A stretch of DNA of 64,000 nt from Squalus acanthias (taxonomy: Eukaryota): NCBI GenBank assembly GCA_030390025.1, contig CM059426.1, positions 160,518,001-160,582,000 of the forward strand, written 5' to 3'. The notes beneath the pieces were generated by a model. The model did no database searches. It had not been told where the DNA came from and saw nothing but the letters and a program-made list of their open reading frames with translations. Positions 1 through 12,586 of this stretch are shown in pieces. Each line of letters begins with the position of its first letter. The first letter of the stretch is position 1. The position numbers and the translations under genes are program-made.

Positions 1-104
1 AAGGGAAAATAGCATGGGTTGGCCAGAAGTCGATGGAGGCGGGACTAAAACCCGAGAAGTGGGAGTCCCGCCTCCATAAGCTCCTCATTGGCAAAATCCA
101 GCCC
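1..104. mobile_element. Right end of a Harbinger-type MITE, cut by the window edge
   Basis: Closely matches 28692-28797 (aagggaaaatagc...gatggaggcggga...agtcccgcctcca...caaaatc), ends in a TIR-like aaaatccagccc and abuts CR1 coding sequence. Confidence 0.7.
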
Positions 105-715
105 ATAGAGTACAAAAGCAAGGAAGTTATGATGAACCTTTATAAAACACTGGTTCGGCCTCAACTGGAGTATTGTGTCCAATTCTGGACATCGCACTTT
201 AGGAAGGATGTGAAGGCCTTAGAGAGGGTGCAAAAAAGATTTACAAGAATAGTTCCAGGGATGAGGGACTTCAGTTACGTGGATAGATTAGAGAAGCTGG
301 GGTTGTTTTCCTTGGAGCAGAGAAGGTTGAGAGTTGATTTGATTGAGGCGTTCAAAATCATGAGGGGTCGAGACAGAATAGAATGAGAGAAACTGTTCCC
401 ATTGGCAGAAGGGTCGAGAAACAGAGGACACAGATTTAAGGTGATTGGCAGAAGAACCAAAGGCAACATGAGGAGAAACTTTTTTACTCAGCGAGTGGTT
501 AGGATCTGGAATGCACTGCCTGAAAGGGTGGTGGAGGCAGACTCAATCACGGCTTTCAAAAGAGAGTTGGATAAGTACCTGAAGGAAAAAATTTGCAGGG
601 CTACGTGGAAAGGGTGGGGGAGTGGGACTAGCAGAAGTGTTCTTGCAGAGAGCCGGCATGGGCTCGACGGGTCGAATGGCCTCCTTCTGTGCTGTAACCA
701 TTCTATGATTCTAGA
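105..715 (+). mobile_element. CR1 LINE 3' fragment (ORF2 C-terminus and 3' UTR)
   Basis: ORFs 33..386 and 402..737 give LYKTLVRPQLEYCVQFW, LERVQKRFTR and FFTQRVVRIWNALP; ends in a CR1-type attctatgattct tail; one in-frame stop. Confidence 0.93.
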
Positions 716-2134
716 TTTGTGGAAATTAGGTATTTAATTTTCCTCTGTTTGAATCATGCTGAGGACTGGCCGATTATGGAGTACTGTGTACAGCAGTCAA
801 GGGTAAGTTTTAGACTTTGCTAACCTCACTCTCCTGGTTGCAGGTGCAAATATCTGGAAACTGCTTTTAGGAAATAATTTGTTCAAGAGATGTGTAATGT
901 TATATTATAAATAAGGTGAATCATAGCCTAAACCCAGGAAATCTTGCAGATCAACCAAATCCAGTATATCATTGTAAAACAATGGAGTTAATAAGTGTGT
1001 GGGGGGTGTAGGGTGGGGGAGCGGGGGGGCAGGGCGGCAACCGAGCCTTTCCATATTGCCTCAATAGGAAAAACCTCCCAGTTAACAATGGTTAAAAGAA
1101 TTAATGGATCTTCACTGCTGTTGAGGCACCTTGCTTGACTACTGTAAAAGTGTTCATGTCTCAAATGATCACAATGATAGAACATTTGAAGTTGGTCTTC
1201 CTGCAAATTCTGCTTAGCAAATGAGACAGAAATACTCTTCTGTTTGCATATTGAACCTTTAGGGAGAATGGAAGGATGCTCTATATTTCCTCTCTTTCTC
1301 ATCTTTCCTTCCTACCGACCACCCTCTTCTCCAGCAGTGAAAGCACCTGTTAGCTAATTTGAGCCCGAGGCCTCAGATCAAAGAATGCAATTATCAGTCA
1401 TTGCCTTAGCCCTGACCTCTGTCAATCTGCAGCATCTGCCCCATCTCTCCAAGACATTAGATCCATCTCCTGCTTCCTTGATCTCCTCTCACTTTAACTC
1501 TTGATAACTCAAATTACTCTTCCTGGCCCACATACTTGCCAACATCATCAATGGCTCCCTTTACTTTGACACATCCCTCTCCCTTTCAAAATCAACATCA
1601 TAATCCTTACTCCAAAAAGCCCATGCCATACATCCTCTTCAATTACTACCCCATTTCTAACTTCTCTTTCCTCATCAAGGCTGTTGAACATGTCAGCTCT
1701 CTCACAAATCCCTGTTCAGATCTCTTCAGTCCAATTTGCACTCTGCACATAACACCAATACTCCCCTGCTTAAAGTCACTGACAATATCCTCTGTGATCG
1801 CAACCATGGCATATTATCCCACCTTGTCCTCATCAACTTCTCCATAGGGTGTTTAACAGTTAACCATGCAATCTGCCTCCAGTGCCTTCCCTTCGTTATC
1901 AATCTATGTGGAAATGTTCCTGCATGGTTCTACTCATACCTGTCCTAATCCACCCAGCACTTCTCTAGTAATGGATTCTCTTCTTGACCCGCTTCGTTAT
2001 GTCTGGAGTTTCCCAAAGATCCATCATTGGCCTCATCTTTTTCTTATCTACATTATAGCACTCAATGGCATTATCCACAGGTATGAGGTCAGCTTCCATA
2101 TGTATTCTGATGACACCCAACTCTACTTTTCCAC

Positions 2135-2958
2135 TAATACAAAAGCAAAATGCTGCGGATGCTGGAAGTCTGGAATAAAAACAGAAAATGCTGGAAATAC
2201 TTAGGTCTGTGGAGAGAGAAACAGAGTTAACGTTTCAGGTCGATGACCCTTCGTCAGAACTGGAAAAAACTGGAGATGGAACAATGTTTTTAAGCAAGTG
2301 TCGGGGCAGGGAGAGGGGGGAGGGGAGGAAAGAACAAAAGGGAAGGTCTGTGATAGGATGGAATGCAGGAGAGATTAAGAGACATTAAGAGAGATTAAGA
2401 GATATTAAGAGAGATTAAGAGATGGTGCAAGGCAAAAGGAGATGGTAATGGGACAAGTTAAGAAACAAAAGATGGCTCTCGATGAAGTGTAAATGGCAGA
2501 ATGAAAGACAGCTGCCATGTGGGAGAGAGAAAAAAATATATAAAATAAAATAAATGGGAAAAAAAAAGAATAGGGGCCGAGGTTATGATCTGAAATTGTT
2601 GAACTCTATGTTGAGTCCAGAAGGCTGTAAAGTGCCTAATCAAAAGATGAGGTGCTGTTCCTCGAGCTTACGTTGAGCTTCATTGGAACAGTGTAGGAGG
2701 CCGAGGACGGAGAGGTCAGAGTGGGAGTGGAACGGAGAATTAAAGTGACAGGCGACCGGAAACTCGGGGTCACCCTTACGGACTAAACGGAGGTGTTCTG
2801 CAATGAGGTCACCCAATCTGTGTTTGGTCTCCCCAATGTAGAGGAGACCACATCGTGAGCAGCGAATACAGTGTACTAAATTGCAAGAAGTACAAGTAAA
2901 TCACTGTTTCACCTGGAAGGAGTGTTTGGGGCCCTGGACAGTGAGAAGGGGGGAGGTA
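2135..2958 (-). mobile_element. 5'-truncated Penelope-like element (GIY-YIG C-terminus plus 3' pLTR)
   Basis: Colinear with 8409-9175; flanked by the direct repeat acttttccac (2125-2134, 2959-2968). Confidence 0.88.
2225..2261 (-). ncRNA. Minimal type I hammerhead ribozyme motif
   Basis: Minus strand reads AGTT-CTGACGA-AGGGTC-ATC-GACCT-GAAA-CG-TT-AACT: CUGANGA and GAAA core, stem I AGTT/AACT, stem II, palindromic stem III as described for Penelope-like elements. Confidence 0.8.
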
Positions 2959-3360
2959 ACTTTTCCACGACTTGCCTCAACCCCACAGCTGCTTATGTGC
3001 CTGTCTCACATTAAGTCATGGATGAGCCAGAATTTCCTCCATCTGGAAGACCAAAGCAATTGTTTTCACCTCCCTTCAAAAATTCTGCTCTCTTTCCATT
3101 AATTCCATCCACTTCCCTGGCTGCTTACTCAGGGCGAACCAGACCAAGTGTTCAACTCAGAGCTGAGCTTTATAACACAAATCCTCTCCTTCAACAAGAC
3201 TGCTTACCACTTTCGCAACATCACCTGTCTCCATTCTTATTTCATTTCTACTGCTGCTGAAATTCTTATCCACACTTCTGCCACCTCTAGACTCCAATTT
3301 CTCCAATATCCTATGTAAAAAAATGTGTAAGAAAAAGATTTAAGTTAAGTGTTGTATATT

Positions 3361-4136
3361 GGCCCATAATTTGCGGTCAGCGGCAAAGCAAAGGCGTTCG
3401 CTGCTGGCCCCGAAGTAAGCTCCGCACAAAGATCTCGCCATCTCTGTGGCAAGAAGTTCGGCTTTTCCGACACGTAATTGAAATCAACGCAAGTTAATGG
3501 GGATCCCAGCGAAGAGCTGTTGTGACGTCAACAGGCTGTCTACGCAGCCAATCAAAACGCAGAATTCTCACAGACAGTGAACCAGGAAGTGGGTAAGCTC
3601 CTTTGATTCTAAATTTTTAAAAATGTCAGAGATACAAAAACAAAGATTGAGACTCTCACATAAGAAAAAGGCAAACCTGAAATAAAGATGAACAAATTTA
3701 AAAAAAATTAAATTCTTTTTTAAAGTTTCTTAAAAATTTTAATTTTTATTAAAATGGATAAATTTGACACACCACAAAATTAAAATTAGTTTTTCAGGGT
3801 CATAACCTTTGTTTAGCAGTCAATACGCTGTTAAACCCCAGTTACACCTAATCCAAAAGGGTCTAACGTTTAATGGGGTATTTAACAGCGATATTACTGT
3901 GGAAGAGCTGAAGTTTTTGTCAGTTTGCATGATTTGGCATATTACACTGATTGCCAGCTCTGGGGGGAGTTTGCAACAGCCCACCCTGTGGAGAAGCAGT
4001 GAATGACAGACTGCAACTTCAGGATTTCTGTGTTAGGCTGTGCCTGCGCTAAATCCTGAAGTGGCGGTCAGTTTCAAAGGCGAAATGATGGCGTACGCTG
4101 CCAGTTCACCGTCATCAGGACCGCAAGTTCCGGCCC
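3361..4136. mobile_element. Harbinger-type MITE, family A
   Basis: Imperfect TIRs ggcccataatttgcggtc / gaccgcaagttccggccc; colinear with 57736-58483. Confidence 0.8.
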
Positions 4137-4188
4137 AATATGTTAAGGGTATGACTAGACAGCAATGTTTTTGATCTTGGTGCTATAT

Positions 4189-5926
4189 GGGGGCGACTTT
4201 AAACTGCTGTTTGCCCCTTTCTCGCCTGAACGACAGGCTGCTGGTAGTTGAAAAGCTGGTTTGCAGCTCTACCATCCCTTGGATGCACATGATGCAATTT
4301 TAGGCAGCCATGTAAATGAGCGAACAGCAAATCTGCCTGTTTTGGCAGGAGAATATTTAAATATGCAAATTGTCATAGGCAGTGCACTCTCCATCCCTCT
4401 GTACAGGCAGTGAGCAGTCTGACCGACAGTCCTTAAATGGACCGTGAGTGGACACTCCAGAAAGTGGACCAAACCTTTCTTTTATTTTATTTTTGTGGGA
4501 CCAGGGAAGGCAGGAGTGCTCCTCCTGGCTGTACAAAAATACTGCAACCCGCTGCGGGCCTGTTCTAGCCCCCTTCTGGGATCAGCTCCCCACCCCAGGC
4601 CCAGGCCCAACCTGCCAGTCATCTCTGCCCGGAAACCGGACGATTTCCCACCCTCCCACCGCTGGTGAGCTGTAGCGGAGCGCCCGGTGGCACCGCAGCT
4701 TGCTGGCTACATTTGAACGAGGCCTGAAGCAGAAAATGGTTCAAGCCTCTTGACACCGGTTTGGGGCGAGGCTCCTGCTCCAGCTTCAGGCGGTGACCGA
4801 GGCTCCTCCTCCAGGCGGTGACCGAGGTTCCTCCTCCAGCTTCAGGCGGTGACCGAGGTTCCTCCTCCAGCTTCAGGCGGTGACCGAGGCTCCTCCTCCA
4901 GGCGGTGACCGAGGCTCCTCCTCCAGCTTCAGGCGGTGACCGAGGCTCCTCCTCCAGGCGGTGACCGAGGCTCCTCCTCCAGGCGGTGACTGAGGCTCCT
5001 CCTCCAGGCGGTGACCGAGGCTCCTCCTCCAGCTTCAGGCGGTGACCGAGGCTCCTGCTCCAGCTTCAGGCGGTGACCGAGGCTCCTCCTCCAGGCGGTG
5101 ACCGAGGCTCCTCCTCCAGGCGGTGACTGAGGCTCCTCCTCCAGGCGGTGACCGAGGCTCCTCCTCCAGCTTCAGGCAGTGACCGAGGCTCCTCCTCCAG
5201 CTTCAGGCGGTGACCGAGGCTCCTCCTCCAGGCGGTGACCGAGGCTCCTCCTCCAGGCGGTGACCGAGGCTCCTCCTCCAGGCGGTGACCGAGGCTCCTC
5301 CTCCAGGCGGTGACCGAGGCTCCTCCTCCAGGCGGTGACCGAGGCTCCTCCTCCAGCTTCAGGCGGTGACCGAGGCTCCTCCTCCAGGCGGTGACCGAGG
5401 CTCCTCCTCCAGGCGGTGACCGAGGCTCCTCCTCCAGGCGGTGACCGAGGCTCCTCCTCCAGGCGGTGACCGAGGCTCCTCCTCCAGCTTCAGGCGGTGA
5501 CCGAGGCTCCTCCTCCAGGCGGTGACCGAGGCTCCTCCTCCAGGCAGTGACCGAGGCTCCTCCTCCAGGCAGTGACCGAGGCTCCTCCTCCAGGCGGTGA
5601 CCGAGGCTCCTCCTCCAGCTTCAGGCGGTGACCGAGGCTCCTCCTCCAGGCGGTGACCGAGGCTCCTCCTCCAGCTTCAGGCGGTGACCGAGGCTCCTCC
5701 TCCAGGCGGTGACCGAGGCTCCTCCTCCAGCTTCAGGCGGTGACCGAGGCTCCTCCTCCAGGCGGTGACCGAGGCTCCTCCTCCAGGCAGTGACCGAGGC
5801 TCCTCCTCCAGCTTCAGGCGGTGACCGAGGCTCCTCCTCCAGGCGGTGACCGAGGCTCCTCCTCCAGCTTCAGGCGGTGACCGAGGCTCCCCCTCCGGCT
5901 TCGAGCTAAAAATGAAAGTTCTCCAC
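4189..5926. mobile_element. Harbinger-type MITE containing a minisatellite
   Basis: Ends gggggcgacttt / aaagttctccac with a 3-bp TAT duplication. Confidence 0.62.
4776..5903. repeat. GC-rich minisatellite with 25-bp and 31-bp unit variants
   Basis: Unit aggcggtgaccgaggctcctcctcc with or without agcttc, near-identical across about 1.1 kb. Confidence 0.97.
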
Positions 5927-8408
5927 TATATTTTCAAAGTGAAAATATTCCCCTGTTGAGAAACTGTGCAAATATAATGTTCAGTTGTACATTCCTTTGT
6001 ATACATTGGTTTAAATAAGATATATTGGAGCCTGTTAAGAAAGGTATGAGTGTTTGTAATGTTAAAGTTATGCAGAGTATGAGATATTGTGAATGGATGG
6101 TATCACAGCAGGTGGCTGGTGCTGGAAGCTAAATGAATTGCCTTCCATTCTTCTGCTTTAAATAAGCTGCAGGAGGGAAGGGCTATGATCAGAACATAGC
6201 ATGTGACGGAGGCTTGTCTTGCATCAGCAAGAAGCTGCAACAGTAGCAAAGAGCCTGGAAGAAGTGAAGAAAATGGATTTTTTAAATACCCTATAAAATG
6301 ATAAATGGAGGCAGGAAATAGACAAGTCTAATAGAGACATCACAAAATCATTATAGTTGTCTACACATACACTGCGGAAGAGGGAAAGTCACTGACTGCT
6401 GAGTGTTTATACTAGCATCCAACACAGTGAAGGATTTAAAGTCCTTTGGGAGACTATACTGTCTTGCTTTGTGTGTGAACAAAGACTTTTAAAAATCGCT
6501 GCTGTGCCATCATTTGTCTTTCCCGTCCAGATTACTTAATGCCTATTCTTGGTAACCAGCCCCTAGCCATTTTCCCACTCAACCACAAGGGGGCTTGATA
6601 GCAATGACTCGAAATCTCATTTTGTACTTTTTGCACAATGTTGCTGTCATGGTACGATTCCATTATTGTTATTGCCACTGTTTGATTTGCACCATGTCTT
6701 CCTGCAAAGAGATTTTAGATGATTGCTATTTTCACATGACAATGCAGAAAGGTGTATAATGAACTTAAAGAAATTACCTGTCACATTGCATTGTGTTCCA
6801 CATGTGCAGTTTTTAAAGGTAGTGAAGAAATGCTCCTAGCTGATTGCCAGTGCCATTATTAGAACCACACATTCTGTGGTATTAACCAAAGCTAAAGCAT
6901 ATAAAACTGCTGCACCTGTGCTCTACAATCCAGTTCAAAATGGTTGTAGACAAATGCTGGCAAGATGAGAAGATGTGGGATGAGATCACCGAAGGATCTA
7001 CAGACAACAAATTAATCTTCCTAATTGATTTCCTGTGGTGATGCACGCAGGGAGCCAAGTGTCATTTTCAGGTCAAGCAGGGTTAGAGGACAAGAGCAGA
7101 TAACTGAACCCAGACAAAGGGGTTTGGGAGGGGAAGGGAGAGAGGGGGGGCGGGGGGAATGGTGTTGGTTGAACGGTGTTGGGCTGTAAACATATGGGAG
7201 TAAACAGAGCAGGATATTTCAGTGTCAGAGAAATTTAATGAGCACATCCAAGAAGCAAAGAGCTGAACTTAAGGAAAGCCTTTAAGGCACAAATTCCCAG
7301 ATGAATGAAGAAAATGAGTGCCAGCTAATGATCCCTTTAATTCGCGCTGAAAATGGCAGCTTTCTGACTTGTACCACCAATAGTTTGTGGGTGGGTTGAG
7401 GAAGTAGTGGTGGCAGCGCTGATGGCTTTGTGGAGGGGGGTTTCTCACCATGTCAGTTGAACCCAGTTTGAATATTTTAATTAGGCCCAACCTGTTTGTG
7501 GTGGAATCGCTGGCTGCTTAAATCGAGGCCTGCTCGAAAATTGGAACAGAGGTAAGTCAGCCTTTATTTCCCCCGAATTTTAGTCTCTCTACTGCCCTGT
7601 TTTCAGGTATAAACGGGTGGTACTGAGACAAAAAAATCATCCCCTTTGTGTTAACATTTTTACAATGGCAATAGCCTGTCTACATGTCATGGTGTAGATG
7701 CTGGTCCCCCGACTAGATGATATTGTGCAGCGAGTTACCAAGATCCACCCCCAATTTTGTTTGTTCACTTGGGTTTTTTTTAACTAAATTTGGTCAGCTT
7801 GTATTCTACTAAGCTCCCCCAAATTTTTTAATGTTTAATATTTCAAACAAAATCTGCCCTGCTTCTGCTCCCTCCAGTCTCTAGGGCCCACCCACAATTC
7901 CTTCCTTTTTTCCTGTTTTGTTTTATTTATTTAATTCACTGCTTTTTTCCCCCCACATTTTGTAATTCTTCCACTGCCGAGGGGAAGCAGGACTGCCTTC
8001 ACATAATATTGCCTCCTGACAGTTCCAGCCACCACCATAATCAGTTATTTATTTGATTCTTGGCCTAACATTATTTACTTAATTCTGTGGCTCAGTTATT
8101 ATTTATTTCATTCCTGACCTCAATATTATTTTCATTCCCGACCCGTTATTACTTATTTCATTCTCTGGTTCCGATATTATTTATTTCATTCTGTGGTTAC
8201 AATATTATTTATTCAGGTCTGTATCTCATATTATTTATTTACTTCATGTCCTCCAAGGATGTCTGCTGACAGGCCTAGGCAGCTCCTTAATTATTCAATT
8301 CCTGGCTCAATATTATTCTTATAACTTGTGGCCCCCATATTATTTATTTCATTCTGTGGTTCTGACATTATTTATTTAATTCCAGCCCCCAACATTGTTT
8401 AATTAACT

Positions 8409-9670
8409 GAAATAACAACAGAAAGCGCTGGAAAAACTCAGCAGGCCAGGCAACATCCGTGGAGAGAGAAACAGAGTTAACGTTTCAGGTCAAAGACCCT
8501 TCAGCAGAACTGAGAAAAAAGCAGGAAATGAAATAGATAAAAAAGCAAGTTTGGAGGCTGGGGGAAGGAATAAAAGAACAAAAGGGGAGGTCTGTGAGAA
8601 GTAGAGACATTAAGAGATGCTCAAGGCGAGACGAGATGGTAATAGGACAGGTTAAGAAACAAAAGATGGCTCTAGAAGTGTGAAATGCGCTGGCAGAATG
8701 AAAGACAGCTGCCATGGGGGAGAGAGAAAAAAAAGGGAAAAGGCACAAACCAAAAGTGTGGATAAAAAAAATATATATATCTATGGTAGGGGCCGAGGTT
8801 ATGATCTGAAATTGTTGAACTCTATGTTGAGTCCAGAAGGCTGTAAAGTGTCTAATCGGAAGATAAGGTGCTGTTCCTCGAGCTTACGCTGAGCTTCCGT
8901 GGAACAATGCAAGAGGCCGAGGACAGTGAGGTCTGAGTGGGCATGGGGCGGTGAGTTAAAATGACAGGCGACTGGAAGCTCAGGGTCAACCTTACAGACT
9001 GAACGGAGGTGTTCCGCAAAGCGGTCACCCAATCTGCGTTTGGTCTCCCCAATGTAGAGGAGACCACATCGTGAGCAGCGAATACAGTATACTAGATTGC
9101 AAGAAGTACAAGTAAATCGCTGTTTCACCTGGAAGGGGTGTTTGGGGCCCTGGAGAGTGGGAAGGGGGGAGGTACAAGGGCAGGTGTTGCATCTCCTGCG
9201 CTTGCACGGGAAGGTGCCGGGCGAAGGGGAAGGTGTGCTGGGGGTGATAGAGGAGTCGACTAGGGTGTCTCGGAGGGAGCAGGTCCCTACGGAATGCTGA
9301 AAGGGGAGGTGAGGGCAAGATACGTTTGGTGGTGGGATCACGTTGGAGGTGGCGGAAATGGCGGAGGATGATCCGTTGAATGTGGAGGCTGGTGGGGTGA
9401 AAGGTGAGGACAAGGGGAACTCTATCATGGTTCCCGGCGGGAGGGGCAGGGGTGAGGGCAGAAGTGCGGGAGATAGAATGGACACGGTCGAGGGCCGTGT
9501 CAACCACGGTAGAGAGGAATCCTCAGTTCAGGAAAAAGGAAGACATGTCGGAAGCACTGGTATAGAAGGTGGCATCGTCGGAGCAGATGCGGCGGAGACA
9601 GAGAAACTGGGAGAAGGGAATAGAGTCCTTACAGGAGGCGGGGTGGGAGGAAGTGTAGTCCAGGTAGCTG
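8409..9670 (-). mobile_element. 5'-truncated Penelope-like retroelement (RT C-terminal region, linker, GIY-YIG endonuclease, pLTR)
   Basis: ORFs contain KDSIPFSQFLCLRRICS, RVPLVLTFHP, CKRRRCNTC, VYCIRCSRCGLLYIGETKRRLGDRFAEH and PSGLN; 13-bp duplication tgtttaattaact (8396-8408, 9671-9683). Confidence 0.95.
8799..9670 (-). pseudogene. Penelope ORF remnant with GIY-YIG endonuclease, frameshifted
   Basis: Coding sequence is split over ORFs 9523..9765, 9025..9507 and 8799..9503. Confidence 0.88.
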
Positions 9671-9778
9671 TGTTTAATTAACTCTTGGCTTAATATTATT
9701 TTTTTCATTCTGTGGCTCCGACATTGTTTATTTAATGAATGTGTGCTGATATTTATTCTACACATTTGCTAGGATATT

Positions 9779-12312
9779 GGCCCAGATTTCGTGGTCAGTG
9801 GTGAACAAATGGTGCTCGCCGTTCATTACACTTACACTTGCCCACAGACTTTCTCTGGGATTTTGCACTGGAACTTGCGGTGATTAGAAATCCAAACCGG
9901 TGCGGCACCCTCTACAGGAGATCTGTGATCTGTTTGAAGAGGGCAACTGTGTGTCTCCTAAACCAATCAGATGGAAGAATACTTACTGAGACACGCAGGC
10001 CGGAATTTTGCCCACCTTGGCATATTCAGTGCGGGCAGTGGCCATGGTGGGTCACGACCCCGCTGCTGGCTCCATCCCGCTGCTGAAAACGAGCTTACGT
10101 TAATAGGGCCTATTACGCCCGCCCAGCGCGTTACCCGGCCCAATTAAATGTAGCGGGTCTGGTGACGTCATTCATGACGCATTTTCAGCCGGGATCTTTA
10201 AAGGGACCATGGCCACATTAGATTTGACGTTCAATCTAACATAGTGCTGTCAGTATTCTACAACATTGGAGTGCTGCAAACACTGACAATCACTGCACAG
10301 AGGCAGAGGGCTGCACCCAGGTTCTCCGATGATTCCCTCCATATGCTTATGGAGGGAGTCAGAGCACGCAGGGAGGTCCTCTTCCCTTCCGATGGTCGAA
10401 GAGACCTCCCCAGGTGACCAAAACAGCCTGGTTGCAGATTGCAGAGGTGGTCAAAAGCAGAGATATGGTCAGGAGGACCTGGGTGCAGTGCCACAAACGT
10501 TTCAATGATCTCATTAGATCAGGAAACGTTAGTACAAAGTCACACTCAACTTCATCCTCCTGTGCCTCTCATCACATCCCCATCACTCTGCCTTCCCTAC
10601 CCTACTCCTGCACATCCTTACTCACACCAACTTACCTTGCAACTCCACCCATCCCTCTCTCTCTATCTACATTATCACATCCACATCTCACTAGCCACCC
10701 CTCACACTCACCCTCATCCTAGAGCAATCATACCAACTAACAACACACAAGGGTAGCCACTTGGGTGTTTTATCTAATGTTCATGTAAAGTTTCTGTTAA
10801 TGTGGTGTCAAACATAAAAATCTTTACTTTCAACACTTTGCGTTCTTGGACAGATTTGTGTGCACCTTTGGAAGTGGCTTAGTGAGTTGCAGTGAATGGT
10901 GAGACATAACGGTACCCCCCGCAATGGTGATGAGTGTGAAAGGAATGGCTTGGGCATTGTAGGGATGCTTTATGGTGTTGGTGTGGGGTGGTGCCAACCT
11001 GCACATCATGTGGCAGCCAGGGTGCACAGCGTAAAGTTAACTAAATCTGGCCATGGTGAGGCCATCCCTGGCTCCTGGGCAGCAATGTGCTCGGGTGCTG
11101 ATGCCCTGTGTCCAGTGCAGCATCAGGAGATTGCAGAGAAGGTTGGTGTTGTTGTTGGTGCTGCTGGTGTGCCTGGTGCTGCTGATGTTGGGGCTGATCA
11201 TGGTGGGATTCTGAGGACCAAGGTGAGACAGTATAAAGGGCACCCATGTTGATGGAGTAGATGGCAGGTGAAGTACAGATGACAGAAGCATTCTGTCAAT
11301 GGTGAGAGAGTTCTTCCAATGAGGCGAGACTGGATGGAGACTTTGCTGGAAAGACTTGCAGCCTGCAGAATCTGTGCTGGAAATGGACTGAGCAACAGCT
11401 TCTGCCTGAGGAAAGTGATCATCTGTCAGGTGGGAGCTTTTACTGTCCATTTGATGCTGTCAAATAATCAGCTGGAGCAATGGCCACTGAACTCCCGCCT
11501 CAGGTTGACAGACGTTCTTCCCGAGCAGTGTGGTTGCCGTGGCCATGCAGTTAAATTTAAAAATTAAGTTAAAAAAGCCTGTTAAGGGTCTGACAACTAG
11601 CTGTTAATCATCTCAGTTCAGTCGCCCGCCGCTGCCGGTCGGGTCGGCTCCGCGATGATAGACACGCCTGGGGGAATGGCACGTGGGGGCGGCGGGTTCC
11701 CGAACCGGTCAAACATAACAACTTTCCCACCCAACCTACCACCGATCGCACCCGCTACCACCCCATAAAATTGTAAGTTAGAATAGTTAATTTAATGCTA
11801 AATCATGTATAGAAAGCGAAATAAAGAGGAAAAGAAAAATGGGATTAAGAGAGACAGAGATAAAAGAGAAAGAAAAGTAAAATAAATATTTACATTTTTT
11901 AATTTTTTTAAATTTCAAACAATAATTAAAATCTGAAGGAATAAGACTCCACACTATAAAAGTTAATTTTCAGGGCCAGAGAGTTTGTTTTGGAATAGTT
12001 AAAACTTATTGCACCGTTAAAAATTCACTGACACTGGAATGGACAGGCCCTAACTTTTTCTGGTGTTTTTAGTTGTTATCTATCAGGTAAGTACAGCAAC
12101 TTCACGCCATTCCATGTGTTTAAATGCCGAGTTTCTCGGCGAGATACTGTTGCAGAGAAGCTTCTGGTAGAGCAGGGCAACTCGGACAGCAACTTCCTGA
12201 TTTCCACATTTAAATACGCATGTGCGGTCACCAGAAGTTGCTGTCTGATTCACTCTTTAATAACGGTGAGCGCTGATAGCCTGACCGTTACTTTTACCTC
12301 AAAATTCTGGCC
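9779..12312. mobile_element. Harbinger-type MITE, family A, with a nested Harbinger
   Basis: TIRs ggcccagattt / aaattctggcc; parts 9779-9997 and 11773-12312 are colinear with 15481-16168. Confidence 0.78.
9998..11772. mobile_element. Internally deleted PIF/Harbinger element (Myb/SANT exon on +, probable transposase 5' remnant on -)
   Basis: Starts ggccggaattttg; 10290-10530 encodes RAAPRFSDDSL..MEGVRARREVLF..TKTAWLQIAEVV..RTWVQCHKRFNDL. Confidence 0.8.
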
Positions 12313-12377
12313 GTACTTTACTTAATTCATTGACTCCAATATTATTTATCTAAGTCATTGAATATAACTTTCCACTT

Positions 12378-12536
12378 GGGCAGGGTGTAAAATGAATGGT
12401 AGCAGATTGGACCTCTGTTATACACCCCACCTTTTTTTCTTATCCAAATCGAATGGAATTTTGGGCGGGGTGTATAACGGGCAGCCAATCCACTATGGCC
12501 TGTTTAATGCTCCTGCCAAAGTTGAAAGTTCAGCCC
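12378..12536. mobile_element. Short Harbinger-type MITE remnant
   Basis: Internal inverted segments (gttatacacccc / ggggtgtataac), right end aaagttcagccc; similar to 40676-40847. Confidence 0.5.
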
Positions 12537-12586
12537 ACTATTTCTTTAATTCATGGGCTCAGTATGCCTGCTCACCTCCTTACATT

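Larger units (their letters stand above)
1440..3312 (+). mobile_element. Degenerate L2 LINE RT fragment, split by a Penelope insertion
   Basis: Frameshifted remnants NYYPISNFSFLIK, TPLLKVTDNILCD, VSFHMYSDDTQLYFS; resumes after 2958 with CLSHIKSWMSQNFLHL. Confidence 0.75.
8020..9760. repeat. Degenerate AT-rich tandem repeat, interrupted by a Penelope element
   Basis: Recurrent attatttatttcatt(c/t)ctg.. units at 8020-8408 that resume at 9671-9760. Confidence 0.65.

Noticed and set aside
4776-5903. CRISPR array
   Set aside because: No unique spacers and no cas genes; it is a minisatellite.
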